Shown: positions 24,322 to 37,938 of the stretch, one piece after another
How the letters are laid out: each line of letters begins with the position of its first letter
How positions within the stretch are numbered: the stretch's first letter is position 1
Source: Squalus acanthias
Taxonomy: Eukaryota
Reading direction: 5' to 3'
NCBI GenBank assembly: GCA_030390025.1
Contig: CM059425.1
Location: forward strand, 177,756,001-177,820,000
DNA: 64,000 bases
Made by a program: the position numbers and the translations under genes
The notes under the pieces: generated by a model
The model's database searches: none
What the model was told of the DNA's origin: nothing
The model's input: only the letters and a program-made list of their open reading frames with translations

Positions 24322-24675
24322 CAGGAAACTCTTTATTAACCGGCACCGGCGTGGTGCCGGTTAATCAAACAGTCCGGATAACGGAGAGTTATATCTCCCA
24401 ACGTACGAGAGCCCTGTACACACTGACATGCGCCTGCATTCGGAGCTCTGTCTCCCCGGGGACCGCCAGCTGACCATCTGTCGTGGCCGCTGCCTACCCG
24501 GGCTGCACATTCCCCTCCCAATCTACATGTTCCGATACAAGGCAAACGCCTCGGTTTTTTAAAAAAGTTATTTTTAAAGGAGAGATGAAGGAAAACCCCG
24601 GTTACCTACTCAAGAATTTTGCCGGTTAAGAGAGATTTCCGGTTATTTGGGTGCCGGTTAAAAGAGAGGTTCCTG
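24322..24675. mobile_element. Tc1/mariner (pogo/Tigger-like) MITE, 354 bp
   Basis: TA TSDs at 24320-24321 and 24676-24677; TIRs CAGGAAACTCTTTATTAACCGGCACC and CAGGAACCTCTCTTTTAACCGGCACC; repeated subterminal CCGGTTA motifs. Confidence 0.85.
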
Positions 24676-25684
24676 TATCTCAATCAATTCAATTTAAGAA
24701 GTGAGAAAGAAACAGATGCTGCATTAGAGTCAAATTGGGCACTGAGAGAGAAATAAAGAGTGGGATAGATTGGATTAAGAGAGAGAGAAAAAAGAGACAA
24801 CGGTAAAATAAGGAAATAAAATGAAAATTTGACTCTTTTAAAATCTCAACAATTTGCTATATGCAGGAATAAGACTCAACAGTTTAAACTGTTCCCTTTC
24901 TGGGCCAGAGAGATTGATTGGCATTGCATTAACAAATATTACATCATTAAAAGGGTTCTTGCGCTATTAATTATGAGCCCTAATCTACGGCAAGTGTAAT
25001 GGAAATCAATGTGCAAACCCAGCAAGTTCTCAAAAATAACGGCTGGCGACCGGCGAGACGCCATTTGTGCGAAGCAGCGTAAATTGATTTGCAACTCACT
25101 GCGTATCTTTTCATCCTCTGAACCTGCTGGCCAATTTGCGCATTAATAACGAAGTGCGACATTAACACACTGTTACTTTTTCAGCACGATTTGGGGGTCT
25201 GGAACTCGCTGCCTGAAAAGGTGGTAGGGCCAGAAACCCTCCACACATTCAAGAAGTACTTGGATATGCACTTGAAGTGCTGTAACCTACAAGGCTACGA
25301 CCAAGAGCTGGAACGTGGGATTAGGCTGGATAGCTCTCTTTCGGCCGGCACAGACACGATGGGTCGAATGGTCTCCTTCTGTGCCATAAATTTCTATGAT
25401 TCAATGATGTCGAGGAGTCCACACCAAACAAATAAAGTTGTTTACTTGGGCAGTCTAATAAATGTAGATGGCCAAGGTAACAATTACAACAGGAGGCTTT
25501 AAGCTGGTGATAAGTAGTGCACTTGCGTGTTATTTGTAATTAGCAGCATTTACGGATGGGAAAACTGGACTTTCAAAGCTGCATAAGAAGAAAGCTGAAG
25601 GCATTTGAGTTATGGAGCCGCATACATTTGTTGAAAATTAGTTGGACAAGAAGAATGGCTAATGAGATGATTATGAGGAATACA

Positions 25685-28420
25685 GTGGCATAGTGGTTAT
25701 GTTATTGGACTAGTAATCCAGAGGATTGAACTAATGATCTGAAGGCATGAGTTCAAATCCGACCATGGCAGTTTGGGAATTTAAATTCACTTAATTAAAT
25801 AAGTCTGGAATTTAAAAAAAGGCTAGCCATGAAATGGGAATTGTTATAAAAAGCCATCTGGTTCACTAATGTCCTTACCTGGTCTTGTCTGACTCCAGAC
25901 CCAGTGCGGTTGACTCTTAACTGCCCTCGGAATTGGCAAGCCACTCCGTTGTATCAAACCGCTACAAAAAATTATAATAAGAATCTAACCCTAACCCGGC
26001 ACTGATCTAGGCAGCGGATTCGGACAAGACAAAGGCCCACACTAACATCTGAAGAACTTGTGCCAAAATTGGGAGAGCTGTCCCAATTACTAGTCAAGCA
26101 ACATCCCAGAAGGTTTGCAACCATCTTCAGTCAGAAATGCTGAGTGGATGATCCATCTCTGCCTCCTCCTGAGGTCCCCAACATTACAGATGGCAGTTTC
26201 CAGCCAATTCGATTCACTTCATTTGATATCAAGAAACGGTTCTGTGCACTGGATACGGCAAAGGGTATGGGCTCCAACAACAACCCGGTTGTAGTGCTGA
26301 AGACTTGTGCTCTTGTCCAGAACTAGCTGCACCTCTAGCCAAGCTGTTCTGTACAGCGACAACACTGGCATCTACCAACAAAGTGGAAAATTGCTCAGCT
26401 ATGTCCTGTCCACCAAAAGCAGGACAAATCCAATCCGGCCAATTATTGCCCCATCAGTCTACTCTCAATCATCAGCAAAGTGATGGAAGGTGTCATCGAC
26501 AGTGCTATCAAGCGGCACTTACTCACCAGTAACCTGCTCACTGATGCCCAATTTGGATTCCGCCAAGACCACTCGGCTCCAGACCTCATTACAGCCTTGG
26601 TCCAAACATGGACAAAGGAGCTGAATTCCAGAGGTGAGGTGAGAGTGACTGCCCTTGACATCAAGGCAGCATTTGACCGAGTGTGGCATCAAGGATCCCT
26701 CGTAAAATTGAAGTCAGTGGGGATCAGGGGGAAAACTCTTCATTGGCTAGGACCATGTACAGCAGGCACCTCAAAGCACTGGAGAGGTACCACCGACACT
26801 GCCTCCGCAAGATCCTGCAAATCCATCGGCAGCATAGGCGCACCAACGTCGGTGTTCTCGCTCAGGCCAACATCCCCAGCATCGAAGCTTTGACCACGCT
26901 CGATCAGCTCCGATGGACGGGTCACATCATCCGCATGCCCGATACGAGACTCCCAAAACAAGCGCTCTACTCGGAGCTCCGACACGGCAAGAGAGCCCCA
27001 GGTGGGCAGAGGAAACGCTTCAAGGACACCCTCAAAGCCTCCTTGGAAAAAGTGCAACATCCCCAATGACACCTGGGAATCCCTGGCCCAAGACAGCACA
27101 AAGTGGAGGAGAAGTATCCGGGAAGGCGCCGAACACCTCGAGTCTCTTCGCCGGGAGCAAGCGGAAGCCAAGCGGAAGGAGCGCACGTCAACCCAAGCAC
27201 CCCACCCGCCCGCCCCTTCAACCACTGTCTGCCCCACCTGTGACAGAGACTGTAAGTCCCGCATTGGACTCATCAGTCACCCGAGAACTCATTTTTAATG
27301 TGGAAGCAAGTCATCCTCTGTTCCAAGGGACTGCCTAAGAAGGCGGCGGCTAGAGTCATACCTAGCACAAAGGAAGTTGGATGTGGTTGTTGGAGGCCAA
27401 TTATCTCAGTCCCAGGACATTGCTGCAGGAGTTCTGCAGGGCAGTGTCCTAAGCCCAACCATCTTCAGCTGCTTCATCAATGACTTTTTCCCCCTCCCTC
27501 ACCTTTTCCCCCTCCCTCACCATCATAAGGTCAGAAGTTGAGAAATCCGCTGATGAGTGTAGTGTGTTTAGTTCCATTCGCAATTCCTCAGATAATGAAG
27601 CAGTCCGTGCCCATATGCAGCAAGACCTGGACAACATCCAGGCTTGAGCCAATGAATGGCAAGTAACAGTCGTGCCAGGCAATGACCATTTCTACCAAGA
27701 GCGAGTCTAACCACCTCCCCATGATATTCAATGGCATTACCATCGTTGAATCCATCAACATCCTGGGGGGGTCGCCATTGACCAGGAACTTAACTGGACC
27801 AGCCATAAATACTGTGGCTACTAGAGAGGTCAGAGGCTGAGTATTCTACGGCGAGTAATTCACCTCCTGAATCCCCAAAGCCATTCCACCACCTACAAGG
27901 CACAGGTGAGACGTGTGATGCAATACTCCACTTGCCTGGATGAGTGCAGCTCCAACAACACTCAAGAAGCTCGACACCATCCAGGACAAAGCAGCTCGCT
28001 TGATTGGCACCCCATCCACCACCTTAAACATTCACTCCCTCCACCACCGGTGTACCGTGGCTGCAGTGTGTACCATCTACAAGATACACTGCAGCAACTT
28101 GCTGAGGATTCATCGACAGCACCTCCCAAACCTGCGACCTCTACAACTTAAAAGTACAAGGGCAGCAGGTGCATGGGAAGACCACCACCTGCAAGTTCCC
28201 CTCCAAATCACACACCATCCTGACTTCATCGGCGTTCCTTCATCGTCACTGGGTCAAATTCCTGGAACTCCCTCCCTAACAGCACTGTGGGAATACCTTC
28301 ACCACACGGACTGCAGCGGTTCAAGAAAGTGGCTCACCACCACCTTCTCAAGGGTAATTAGGGATGGGCAATAAATGCTGGCCTTGCCAGCGACGCCCAG
28401 ATCCCGTGAGTGAATAAAAA
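25685..28420 (+). mobile_element. CR1-group LINE with tRNA-like 5' head, internally deleted
   Basis: A box 25686-25696, B box 25749-25760; APE-like start LVPKLGELSQLLVKQHP near 26057; RT motifs QFGFRQDHS and ALDIKAAFDRVWH; A-rich 3' end. Confidence 0.75.
26751..27347 (+). mobile_element. RTE-clade LINE 3' fragment nested in the CR1-group LINE
   Basis: QLRWTGHIIRMPDTRLPKQALYSEL...GGQRKRFKDTLK; C-terminal CPTC..C.SRIGLISH.RTH; GGCTAG duplicated at 26745-26750 and 27348-27353. Confidence 0.88.
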
Positions 28421-29275
28421 TATATATATACTATGGGCATATTATTTGAGAGTCACAGAGCATGGTTAGGTTTGTTACTGTTTGGAACAAACAGTAATAG
28501 ACCATGAGGCAGGCATAGATGTGATTGAATAGACAGGCGTAACATGATGGGCCGGTATAATTTATCTTTATAGAGACAGGAAAATATGGAGTACATTGGT
28601 TACCATTTTCCAGAGTAGAGATAGAACACATCCAGGAATTTCTTTTTCCTCTTTCACCACCTCAGTGTGTCTTGACTGTGTTTAGCTGGTTCATGGGTCC
28701 ACACGGGAATTGTGTAATTGGGACTATTTTGAATATGCATTGTCCCCCTGTCTATGGCAGGTCTAGCTAGAAGTGCTTTGAGCTCATACGACCTAGTCCC
28801 AGTGTTGTCCTTTAATGCAGGGATATTTCCCTCTAAAATATTAAAAGGCATTTTCTTTTCACTTTCCCCAGGCTTTGGGACTTCAATATGCCACAAAGCA
28901 GAGCGGGCTCCATAGGCTGAATGTCTGACTCTTGCTTTCGATGTTTGCATCATTTTGTTGTAGATTTCAATATCATTCTCTTTTCTCGCATCCCACCCCC
29001 CGCCAAAAAAAAAAACTCCTTTGTCCACTTTCCCCAAATAATTATCTAACTAAAGCTGCATAGGCATTGGTGCAGTGTGAAGGAGGTAAGGAAAAGGCAC
29101 TTTTTTGTATTTGGTATTTTCCATTATTTCATGCCTTTGCTGCTGTTCAGTACTGTCTACTTTGAGCCTTGCAGCTACAAGTGTCTGCGTAAAGACTTCA
29201 TTTTAAAAGATGTATTAGCTTTTTATGTGATGACAGCTGCTTTTAAATTATAAATCAACCTGTATTCATTTACAG

Positions 29276-29367
29276 AGTGAAGACACACAACAACAAATTA
29301 TAAGGGAGACATTCCACTTGGTGTCAAAAAGAGATGAAAATGTCTGTAATTTCTTGGAAGGTGGCAT
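29276..29367 (+). CDS. AP3S1: AP3S1 exon 2
   Basis: Acceptor TTTACAG; SEDTQQQIIRETFHLVSKRDENVCNFLEGG plus AT; donor GTAAGT; 92 nt. Confidence 0.97.
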
Positions 29368-30210
29368 GTAAGTAATGTGATTTCTTTAAAAAAAAGTCCT
29401 AGAAAAAGCAGTTTGAGATAAGTACTTCACTTGAACCAAAAACTCTTTCTGTAATAAATGACATCTGCGTGTAGAATATCAGTGAAAAGGGATACTGTGT
29501 AACTGCTCAACGAAATTTGGAACCAGGCTGCATATTGTGTTACATTATGTTAAGCTAACTTAAGCTCTATATAACTGTGCAAGGTAACCTGATGCTTATT
29601 TTTTGTTAAAAGCTCCAGAGTTCAGGAGTAACATTTACTTTTTCCAAGTCACAAGTTTTGACTGTGTTCTGTGCTTTATTTACATTTTCTTATGTAAGTG
29701 TGGGTGTTCAGGTCTTGCGTGGTTACTGTGCTAAACAAGCATCTTATCAAAGCAAGGTTGACATTCAGATCTACCTACCTGAAATGGGTTGTGTTTGAAC
29801 AACAAGCCACTTCTTTTGTGGCCACAGAGCAAAGGTTTCCAAAGCACAGGTGCTATGCATTTTCTATTTGAAAAATAGTGTATGCAATAAAACACGGTGT
29901 GTCTGTACCAGAATACGCACTATAGAATTGAAGGTCAGAAGATTGCCTTTCAAATCTTATAAATAGTGTACACACTTAACTATTTATGCCACTTTCTGGA
30001 AATGGGGGCGTTGCAACCAATATGCCAGTCTTGCATTGCTCATCTTAAAAGTGAGTAACAAATTGTTCCAATTGACATTTACTAAGCAGTCGTTTGAAGA
30101 ATAAATAGGGAAAACTATATGTAAAATAAAACTATTTTGCTAGTTTGATAAAAGCTGTGCCTCGATGTAAGTTGTAACTTTCTGGTTTTCTGTAATTTTC
30201 TTTGTTTCAG

Positions 30211-30322
30211 GTTAATTGGGGGTGCAGATAATAAACTTATTTACAGACATTATGCAACTTTATATTTTGTCTTTTGTGTGGATTCCTCAGAGAGTGAACT
30301 GGGCATCCTGGACCTAATTCAG
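30211..30322 (+). CDS. AP3S1: AP3S1 exon 3
   Basis: Acceptor TTTCAG; (M)LIGGADNKLIYRHYATLYFVFCVDSSESELGILDLIQ; donor GTACGT; 112 nt. Confidence 0.97.
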
Positions 30323-30978
30323 GTACGTGTGCATATATGTTCTCTCAGCTTTAATGAGGTATCTGGTAAAGACATTGGAGTTGGTCTCTAACCATTTCAG
30401 CTCTGGATAGATCCCTATTCAGGTACAAGTGAATAGAATCTACAGCAGTTGCCTGCTGCACAGAATTATACAAGTTTCTGATCTTTACACTGTAACTTCA
30501 GTTATGTAGGACTCAGGACTAAAATTGTGGAGTGGCGACATGATCGATATTCGACTTAGTGGATTAAAGAAGTTTGTGTGGGTGTTGGGGCACAGTGTTC
30601 GACTCTACTGTTAAGTTGACCATGAATAACGACATCAGAAGCTAAATACAGATAAGGGAGCCATTTGCCCATCTTAGCTTACCAATCCAGAGGGGGAAAA
30701 AAGTCTCTTCTGTCCCACTCTGCAACTACTTTTCAATGCAGTGCTTCCTTTATTTTACAGAGAACAGCCCATACTGAACACTTACTCATTTGTTCTGGCT
30801 TTAATTACAACATGAAATCATATTGCTTTATCCTAATTTGATACTAATTACAGATACAGGCAAGTAGATGCAGTCAGTTCAGTGTTTTGTTTGCGTTGCA
30901 TGGCCTATGAACACATTACAGTTTGGCAGTAATCAACCAATTCCATATGGCCAATTAAATCATAGTGGATTTTGAAAT

Positions 30979-31512
30979 AGAAGCGTAGAAGCGTAGAAGC
31001 ATAGAAGATAGGAGCAGGAGTAGGCCATTCGGCCCCTTGAGCCTGCGCCGCCATTTAATGAGATCATGGCTGATCATCCAAATTCAGTACCCTGTCCCTG
31101 CCTTCTCTCCATATCCCTTGATCCCCTTAGCCTTAAGAAATATATCTATCTCCTTCTTGAATATATTTAATGAATTGGCCTCAACTGCCTTCTGTGGTAG
31201 AGAATTCCACAGGCTCACCACTCTCTGGGTGAAGAAATTCCTCCTCATCTCAGTCCTAAATGGCTTACCCCTTATCCTTAGACTGTGACCTCTGGTTCTG
31301 GACTCTCCCGCCATCGGGAACATCCTTCCTGCATCTAGTCTGTCTAGTCCTGTTAGAATTTTATAAGTTTCAATGAGATCCCCTCTCATTCTTCTAAACT
31401 CCAGCGAATATAAGCCTAATCGACCCAATCTCTCTTCATATGTTATTCCTGCCATCCCAGGTATCAGTCTGGTAAATCTTCGCTGCACTCCCTCCATGGC
31501 AAGAACATCCTT
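30979..31512 (-). mobile_element. CR1 LINE 3' fragment
   Basis: ORF 31084-31497 matches the CR1 RT C-terminus; AGAAGC(G/A)T octamer tail. Confidence 0.92.
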
Positions 31513-32659
31513 TATTTAACCAAATAAAATGATTCCCAGTGCCTCTGTTCTATTTAATGATTAGGTGACTCAAAGAATGTCTCATTGTATTTGATGATCT
31601 TGAGTTGCTGGTCAGCCTTGAGGACTCTTTCATTCTGGTGATCTTGGTTGGCAAAGATTGTTTGGTTAACGAATGCCTTTTGGGGGATATTGAAAAGTAC
31701 ACATAATGATTGGTTGGCTAGTGTTGCAGCTAATGGATCGGTGTTAGTCTGTTGATCGTTGGTGACATTTATGATGTGTTGACAGTAGATGCAGAATAGG
31801 TGGCTTGATGTTCATGGGAAAGGCTGATAAGTACTATAGTAGGATTCTAACCAGAGTTACAACTTTAATGCTATATAGGAGTGTAGCACCGAAGATCAAA
31901 AGCTTTGACTGCAGGCTAATCATTCTACACACTCGCAGGCGCTGTTGAAGACTAGATATGGTGGATGTGGAACCAACGTGTTGACAGTAATTTCATTGCG
32001 TAAAGGACATATTACAAAAACAACAACCTGTATTTATATAGCACCTGTAATGTAGTAAAATGTCCCAAGGCGCTTCACAGGAGCGATTATCAACAAAATT
32101 TGACACCGAGCCACATGAGATATTGAAAAAGGTGACCAAAAGCTTGGTCAAAGAGGTTTTACCAAGTAGATGAACTGTTTGATGTTGTTGATGGTGTTCT
32201 TTCTGACTTGTAGAAAAGCAGCTGATAGAGGTTGTTAATAGAAACTTGTTGATTTCAGCTGAGGTCAGTTATTAATCCAAGCTTGGCAACTTGTTTTGAT
32301 AAATGGTTGAGGGTGTCATTTTCAGCAAAAATGCTAATTCTGTCAGCATAACCCGAATCTGTGGATTCCAGCCAGTGATCCAGCAGTCATAGCTAGCATG
32401 GCTTTAGAAAAAGTTGCATTTTGCCTGATGAATGTTCTTGAGTTTTTTGAGGAAGTGGCAACTGGAGTGGACTATGGCAAACCCTACGATGTGGTGTGCC
32501 TAGATTTCCAAAAGCCATTTAACAAAGTTCCACACTAAAGGCTGGGGGTAAATTTCAAAGCCATCTTCAGCTTATTTCTGGTGCATAATTAGGGTACTAA
32601 CCTGCTCCCATGGTTAGTGACCCCACTAAAAGTGGCCTGAATTGCAGCAGAGGAGTGTC

Positions 32660-32830
32660 ACGCCAAGGTACGTGCCTCTACAAGATTATTGAGAGGACCA
32701 TCAGGGTCTTAAAGGCATTCTTTCACTGCCTGACTGTTTAAGAGGAGCTCTGCAGTATGCTCCAGATTGTGTGTCACACATAGTTGTAACCTGGTGTGCC
32801 CTTCACAACTTCCCCATATAGAAAGAGCTG
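32660..32830 (+). mobile_element. Old Harbinger transposase C-terminal remnant
   Basis: Decayed IIERTIRVLK...GALQYAPDCVSHIVVTWCALHN, homologous to 3250-3385. Confidence 0.6.
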
Positions 32831-34641
32831 GATATTGTAAGCAAGGAGGCCCCCGACTCTATTGATGCCAGAACTACTTAGAGGAGCGCATCACCATGGC
32901 CTACACTTAGAGGACTTCTCAGTGACTGCTGCAATGGTCTGAAGTTTATAGAGCGTAGAGGATGGGAGGCTGGCCAGGACAGCATTAGAATTGTCGAGTC
33001 TGGAAGTGGAAAAGGCATGGATGAGAGTTTCAGCAGCAGATGGGCTGGGCTTGGGCAGAGGCAGGCAATGTTATGGAAGTGGAAATGGAAATAAGTGGTC
33101 TTAGGGATGGAAAGGATGTAGGATCAGAAGCTCAGCTCCAGGTTGAATAGGACGCCAAGGTTGTGAACAGTCTAGTTCTGATGACATGGGCACCTTTCTT
33201 AAATGTAAGTCCTCCTTACTCGCTGAAAATGTTTGGTTTGATACTCACTTATAGTAGGCTCTATCTCACTGCATCTTGATATACCAGTGACTCTAACTAT
33301 AGCCCTTGTTTAGAGCTCCCTCTGTCTTGGGAGCCCATGTACAACACCAGTTCTGACATTGCCCCTGGTTATAACACTACAGCAATATAGTACTAGCTTT
33401 TAACTTGCTGTGAGCTAAATGTTTTTCCAGCCATTACAATTTCAGGTATTCTAGTTCTTGTTAGGAGTACCCCAAAGGCTGCCTTGTTGGGGTGATCCCA
33501 AGCTGCCAGGGTCACTAAAGAGAAACTCATCAATTAGTAGTGTTTCCTCTTTCATGGTTAGGCATCAATAGGTAAGCTGGTAGTCCACATGATGTAACTT
33601 CATCAATTTAGACTTGATTGGCTGAGAAGCTGGCCTTTTGAAGGTGGTTTTTATTTAATGAGGCGCCAATTCTGAGGTGGATTGCACTTCCAAAATGAAT
33701 GGTGAAACACAGAGGCCGAGGTAGAAGAGAGTATATTAGAAATAAAGTTGAAATCAAATTAGGAAAAGGAAAAGGCTCTAGTTCTTTCTACACAGCAATA
33801 CTACGTTGCAGTTCTTGGGAAATGTAGCAAAAAATGGGTTATAATCAGGGATGTGTCACAGTTGGTGTATGTGTACATGTAAGGGAAGATGAGATGAGCA
33901 AAAGTATAAAGCAGTTAAATTTTATTTCTAACAATTACTCTAGACTTCTAAGCATAGGCCTTACTCAATATACCACCATTTAAAAGAGCCACGTAAAAAT
34001 ATTGTGTTGAGTGAACTCTGATCACTGTTTGTGGGGCAGTAAATCCTAATTCCTTCCTCACTAAAGTACTCCGATTCTGTTATCTCCATAGTCCGACTGT
34101 TGGTATCGCTAGGAGTAGCTCCTCTCATTCTTGTTACATTTACTTGACAGTGACTTATGAGTATTTTCTGGTCCCTTCAGTGTGGGACATGAGCCTGAGT
34201 TGTAGTCAGAGCTGCCACCTTCTCAAACCCTGACTCTTGCCATAAAATTTGCAGCTATTTAGGTGTCTCTCAGGCCATGCCTGCTCAAAAACTCTGCTCC
34301 ATGAGATTCCAGTCTGAAATGAACTGATCAGCCATTATACTGCAAAGAAGACAATTGTGCATTTATGAGAGCATTTCTAATTCAAAGCCAAGCAAAAATG
34401 GCATTGTATCAAAGATAGAGCTGTAAAAGAGTGTGTTGTATTGAGGGTTGCGTAGCTTACATTCCGTGACATTATTCAAAGAGCAGGGAATTCTAGTGTT
34501 TTGGCCAACGTTCTTTCAATTACCACCACCATTATTGCTTTGCACAAAACGGCTGCCATGTTTACCTACGTAACAATAATAACTATATGTGAAGTGCTTT
34601 TGGGATGTTTTCAAGATGTGGTTAGGTGCTATATAGATGCT

Positions 34642-37600
34642 GAGCTAGAAATTCGGCTCCATAGTGCTTGATTTTTCAGCACTATTTGTCAAATGGCGTC
34701 CACACCGCGTGCGCACACTTCTGGTACAGGCCGCGCCGGACGGCATTTTGGTGAGAGTGATAGGGCAGGCATTGGGAGCGTGCGCCAAAGGTTCTGTGTA
34801 AGTTTGTAGAAGTGTTTGGTGCTTTCCAGAGTTGTTTAAAATTGGTGAGGTGACGGGGAGTGGTGCTACAAATGGAGAAGGCCTTGGTTCTGACTTCAAG
34901 GGTTCTGGTCAGACCACTTGCTCCCAGTCATGGGTGCTGAAGTTGCCATCCCCCATGACAGGGAGATGAAGCAGCGGCAGCAAAGAAGAGGGCAAGCTGC
35001 TCGCAGAGGGAGGAGGCGGAGAAGAGCTCTCCACAGGAGGCCTTACCCACCTAGGGTCATCCGAGAGCATTTCTCTTACCTCAGCCTGAGCCAGGAACAG
35101 TGTATGAGGCGTCTGCGCTTTATGAAGGAGGTGCTCACAGAACTCTGCCACCTCTTGCAACTAGACCTGCAGCCTCACACCAGGGCAAGGTCAGTGCTGT
35201 CATGGCTGTGAAGGTGACCGTAGCCTTGAATTTCTTTGCGTCGAGATCCTTCCAGGCTGGAACAGGCAACATCGCTAACATCCTGCAGTTCGCCGTCCAC
35301 TGCTGCATAAGAGAGGTGACAGACGCTCTTTATGCCAGGAGAGGGGAGTTCATTGTCTTCTCTCTGGTCAGAGAGAAGCAGGCGGAGCATGCACGTGGTT
35401 TTGCCTGGAGAACTGGCTTCCCCATGGTGCAGGGCACCATCGACTGCATGCATGTGGCTTTGCGGACGACGCATCTCAATGCTGAGATGTACCGCAACCG
35501 CAAAGGTTTCCATTCACCGGATGTGCAGTTGGTGTGCGACTGTACTCCGCACATCATGATGGCGAATGCTCGGTATCCTGGCAGCAGTCGGGGGTGGGGG
35601 GGCCAAAGGAGATTACAGAGATAGGAAGGGGCAAGGCCATGGAGCGATTTGAAAACAAGGATGAGAATTTTGAAATTGAGGCACAGCTTAACTGGGAGCC
35701 AATGTAGGTCAGCGAGCACAGGGGTGATGGACGAAAGGGACTTGGTGCGAGTTAAGACATGGGCAGCCAAGCTTTGGATGACCTCAAGTTTACATAGGGT
35801 GGAATGTGGGAGGCCAGCCAGGAGTGCATTGGAATAGTGAAGTCTACAGGTAACAAAGGCATGGATAAGGGTTTCCGCAGCTGATGAGCTGAGGCAAGGG
35901 CGGAGATGGGCGATGTTACTGAGGTGGAAGTAGGCGGTCTTAGTTATGCTGCAGATATGTGGTCGGAAGCTCATTTCGGGATCAAATATGACACCAAGGT
36001 TGCGAACAGTGTGGTTCAGCCTCAGACAGATGTTAGGGAGAGGGATGGAGTCAGTGGCTAGGGAACAGTCACACACCTTACCATCCCTCTGATGAGGACC
36101 ATGACAGCGTCCTCTTGGCCACAATGCCGAAATAAAAGCCAGCAGAAGACAAACATTCCAAACCAACTTTATACATCAATCCATCTAATATTACATAATA
36201 AAGTCAACTAATCACCCTTGTGCATTCCCTTAGTGCCTGTCTTCCTTTGCTTTTGCTTCTCCCAGTGCTCCTACGAAGTGCTACCCCAGTGGATGCAGCA
36301 TAGCTGGTGGAAGGCGACTGACTTTTAGTGGGGGAGACTGCAGATGACCTTGCAGGATGACCTCAAGCAGCTCTGGGCCTAGAAGGCCTGGCTTTAGACA
36401 GCACCACCTCGGCATGAACGACAGCAGTCTGAGCTGGCTGGCTGACAGGCAACAGTAAGGGCACTGGTGAAGTGGCAGTGGTGGGAGGACAAATGCTGTC
36501 CTCTTGAGAGAGAACACCAAGTTCGCACTCCACGGAGCCACTGCCACTCCCCCAGGGTGACGCCTCAGCAATCCTAGTAATCTGATGGAGGACAGGTCAC
36601 TTGTACCCGGTGTCTCACTACATACATATCCCGCGTCTAACCTATTCTTTAAAGTACGCAGAGTGTCAGTATCTGAGCTGGTGGCTGAGAGTGTGAATCG
36701 AGTGACGGTGCTTCATCTGCATCACTTTTTTCTTCCTCTTCCACTTCTTGCTCCTGCACCACTGCCTGGCCAGGTTGGAGTTCTTGAATATCTGAAAGGA
36801 AAAAGGCACAAGGGTAGGGTTCAGGTGAGGGGAGTGGGGTGGAAACAAGAGGTGCATGCTTACACCATCTGCAGTTTGTAAGTCACAAGAGATCGTGGGA
36901 TGAGGGGGAAGTGAGATGTGAGAAGGCGGATTAGGTATGAGCATACCGTCATCTTGTATTGTTTCAGCCCCGCCGCTGGCCATTAGCTCAGCGATGGCCG
37001 CAACAATTATCTCCAACACCGTCTCCTCCATGAAGATAAGGTCATGCAATCGCGTCTGTCTCCTTGCGGGTAGCCCCTGCTGCCTGCGGTTATGCGGCAA
37101 CTTGTCCTGCAAGAGAAAGGGGGAAGTGTCTCAGTGAGTGTGGTGCAATGTGTTTGGGTGATGTGCCTGTCATGTTTGAATAGCTGGCAGTATGTGCAAG
37201 CTGAGAGATGTGGGTGTGAGGCTTGCAGCTGTGGTAATGAGAGAGGGTGAGGTGGAGCTATGAATGTGAGGCATGGTAGAGATTGTTGGTAGGTGAGTGA
37301 TGGGGTGTGGTGCATTGAGCAGTGTGAGGCTAGTGGTGCAGATGTTGGGATATGGCATTTGAAGATGATTTCAGTGACCTTGACCTCGTGTGAGGTCATG
37401 AAACTTCTACTGGCACTGTGTCCAGGTCTTCGGGACTATACTGCTTGCATTGACCGATATGGTATCTGCTCCCATTGCCTTCTCAGTGTGTGTCTGGAGG
37501 GCCTCCTGGCCCCCTGTGGATACAGGACACCTCTCCTGTCCACCTGCTGCACCAGGGCCTCGAGTGCTGCATCTGAAAATCTGCGAGCCCTCTCTCTGCC

Positions 37601-37938
37601 ATGTTGTGCCATCTTCACTCTTTCTGTAGGTCACACACTCCTCTACAATCACTTCCAGGACCTGCTGCGGCCAGAATGCACTTCCTTTAAGAGGTGCAGA
37701 CTGCCTTTAAAAAGTGCAGGCTTGCTTTAATTTGTGCTAGCCTCGCACGAACTTGGGTGCCTGCTAAGCGTGAAGCCACTCAACAACGTATTTAGTGCTG
37801 GGCTGCATGCCACAATCATGTTAATCAGCAGGCAGCATGAAGTTGGCCTGCTGACTGCATTATTTTGAACGGGCGCGGGTTGATCCTGCATCTCGATCCC
37901 TGTGCCTGTTTTCGGGGGGCTAACTTAATTTCTAGACC
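34642..37938 (+). mobile_element. Harbinger copy C with both termini
   Basis: TIRs GAGCTAGAAATT and AATTTCTAGACC; transposase 34930-35590 (VTVALNFFASRSFQ, GFPMVQGTIDCMH, ARYPGS); Myb gene on minus strand (MAQHGRERARRFSDAALEALV) about 37602-36270. Confidence 0.85.
35590..36066 (-). mobile_element. L2 fragment replacing the C-terminal half of the copy C transposase
   Basis: VRNLGVIFDPEMSF...AETLIHAFVT...LADLHWLPV in ORF 35330-36166. Confidence 0.88.

Noticed and set aside
25986..25997. Telomere-like TAACCC repeat
   Set aside because: Only two units, inside a LINE 5' region.
35330..36166. 278-aa ORF as a novel fusion protein
   Set aside because: Chance in-frame join of an L2 fragment with antisense Harbinger sequence.
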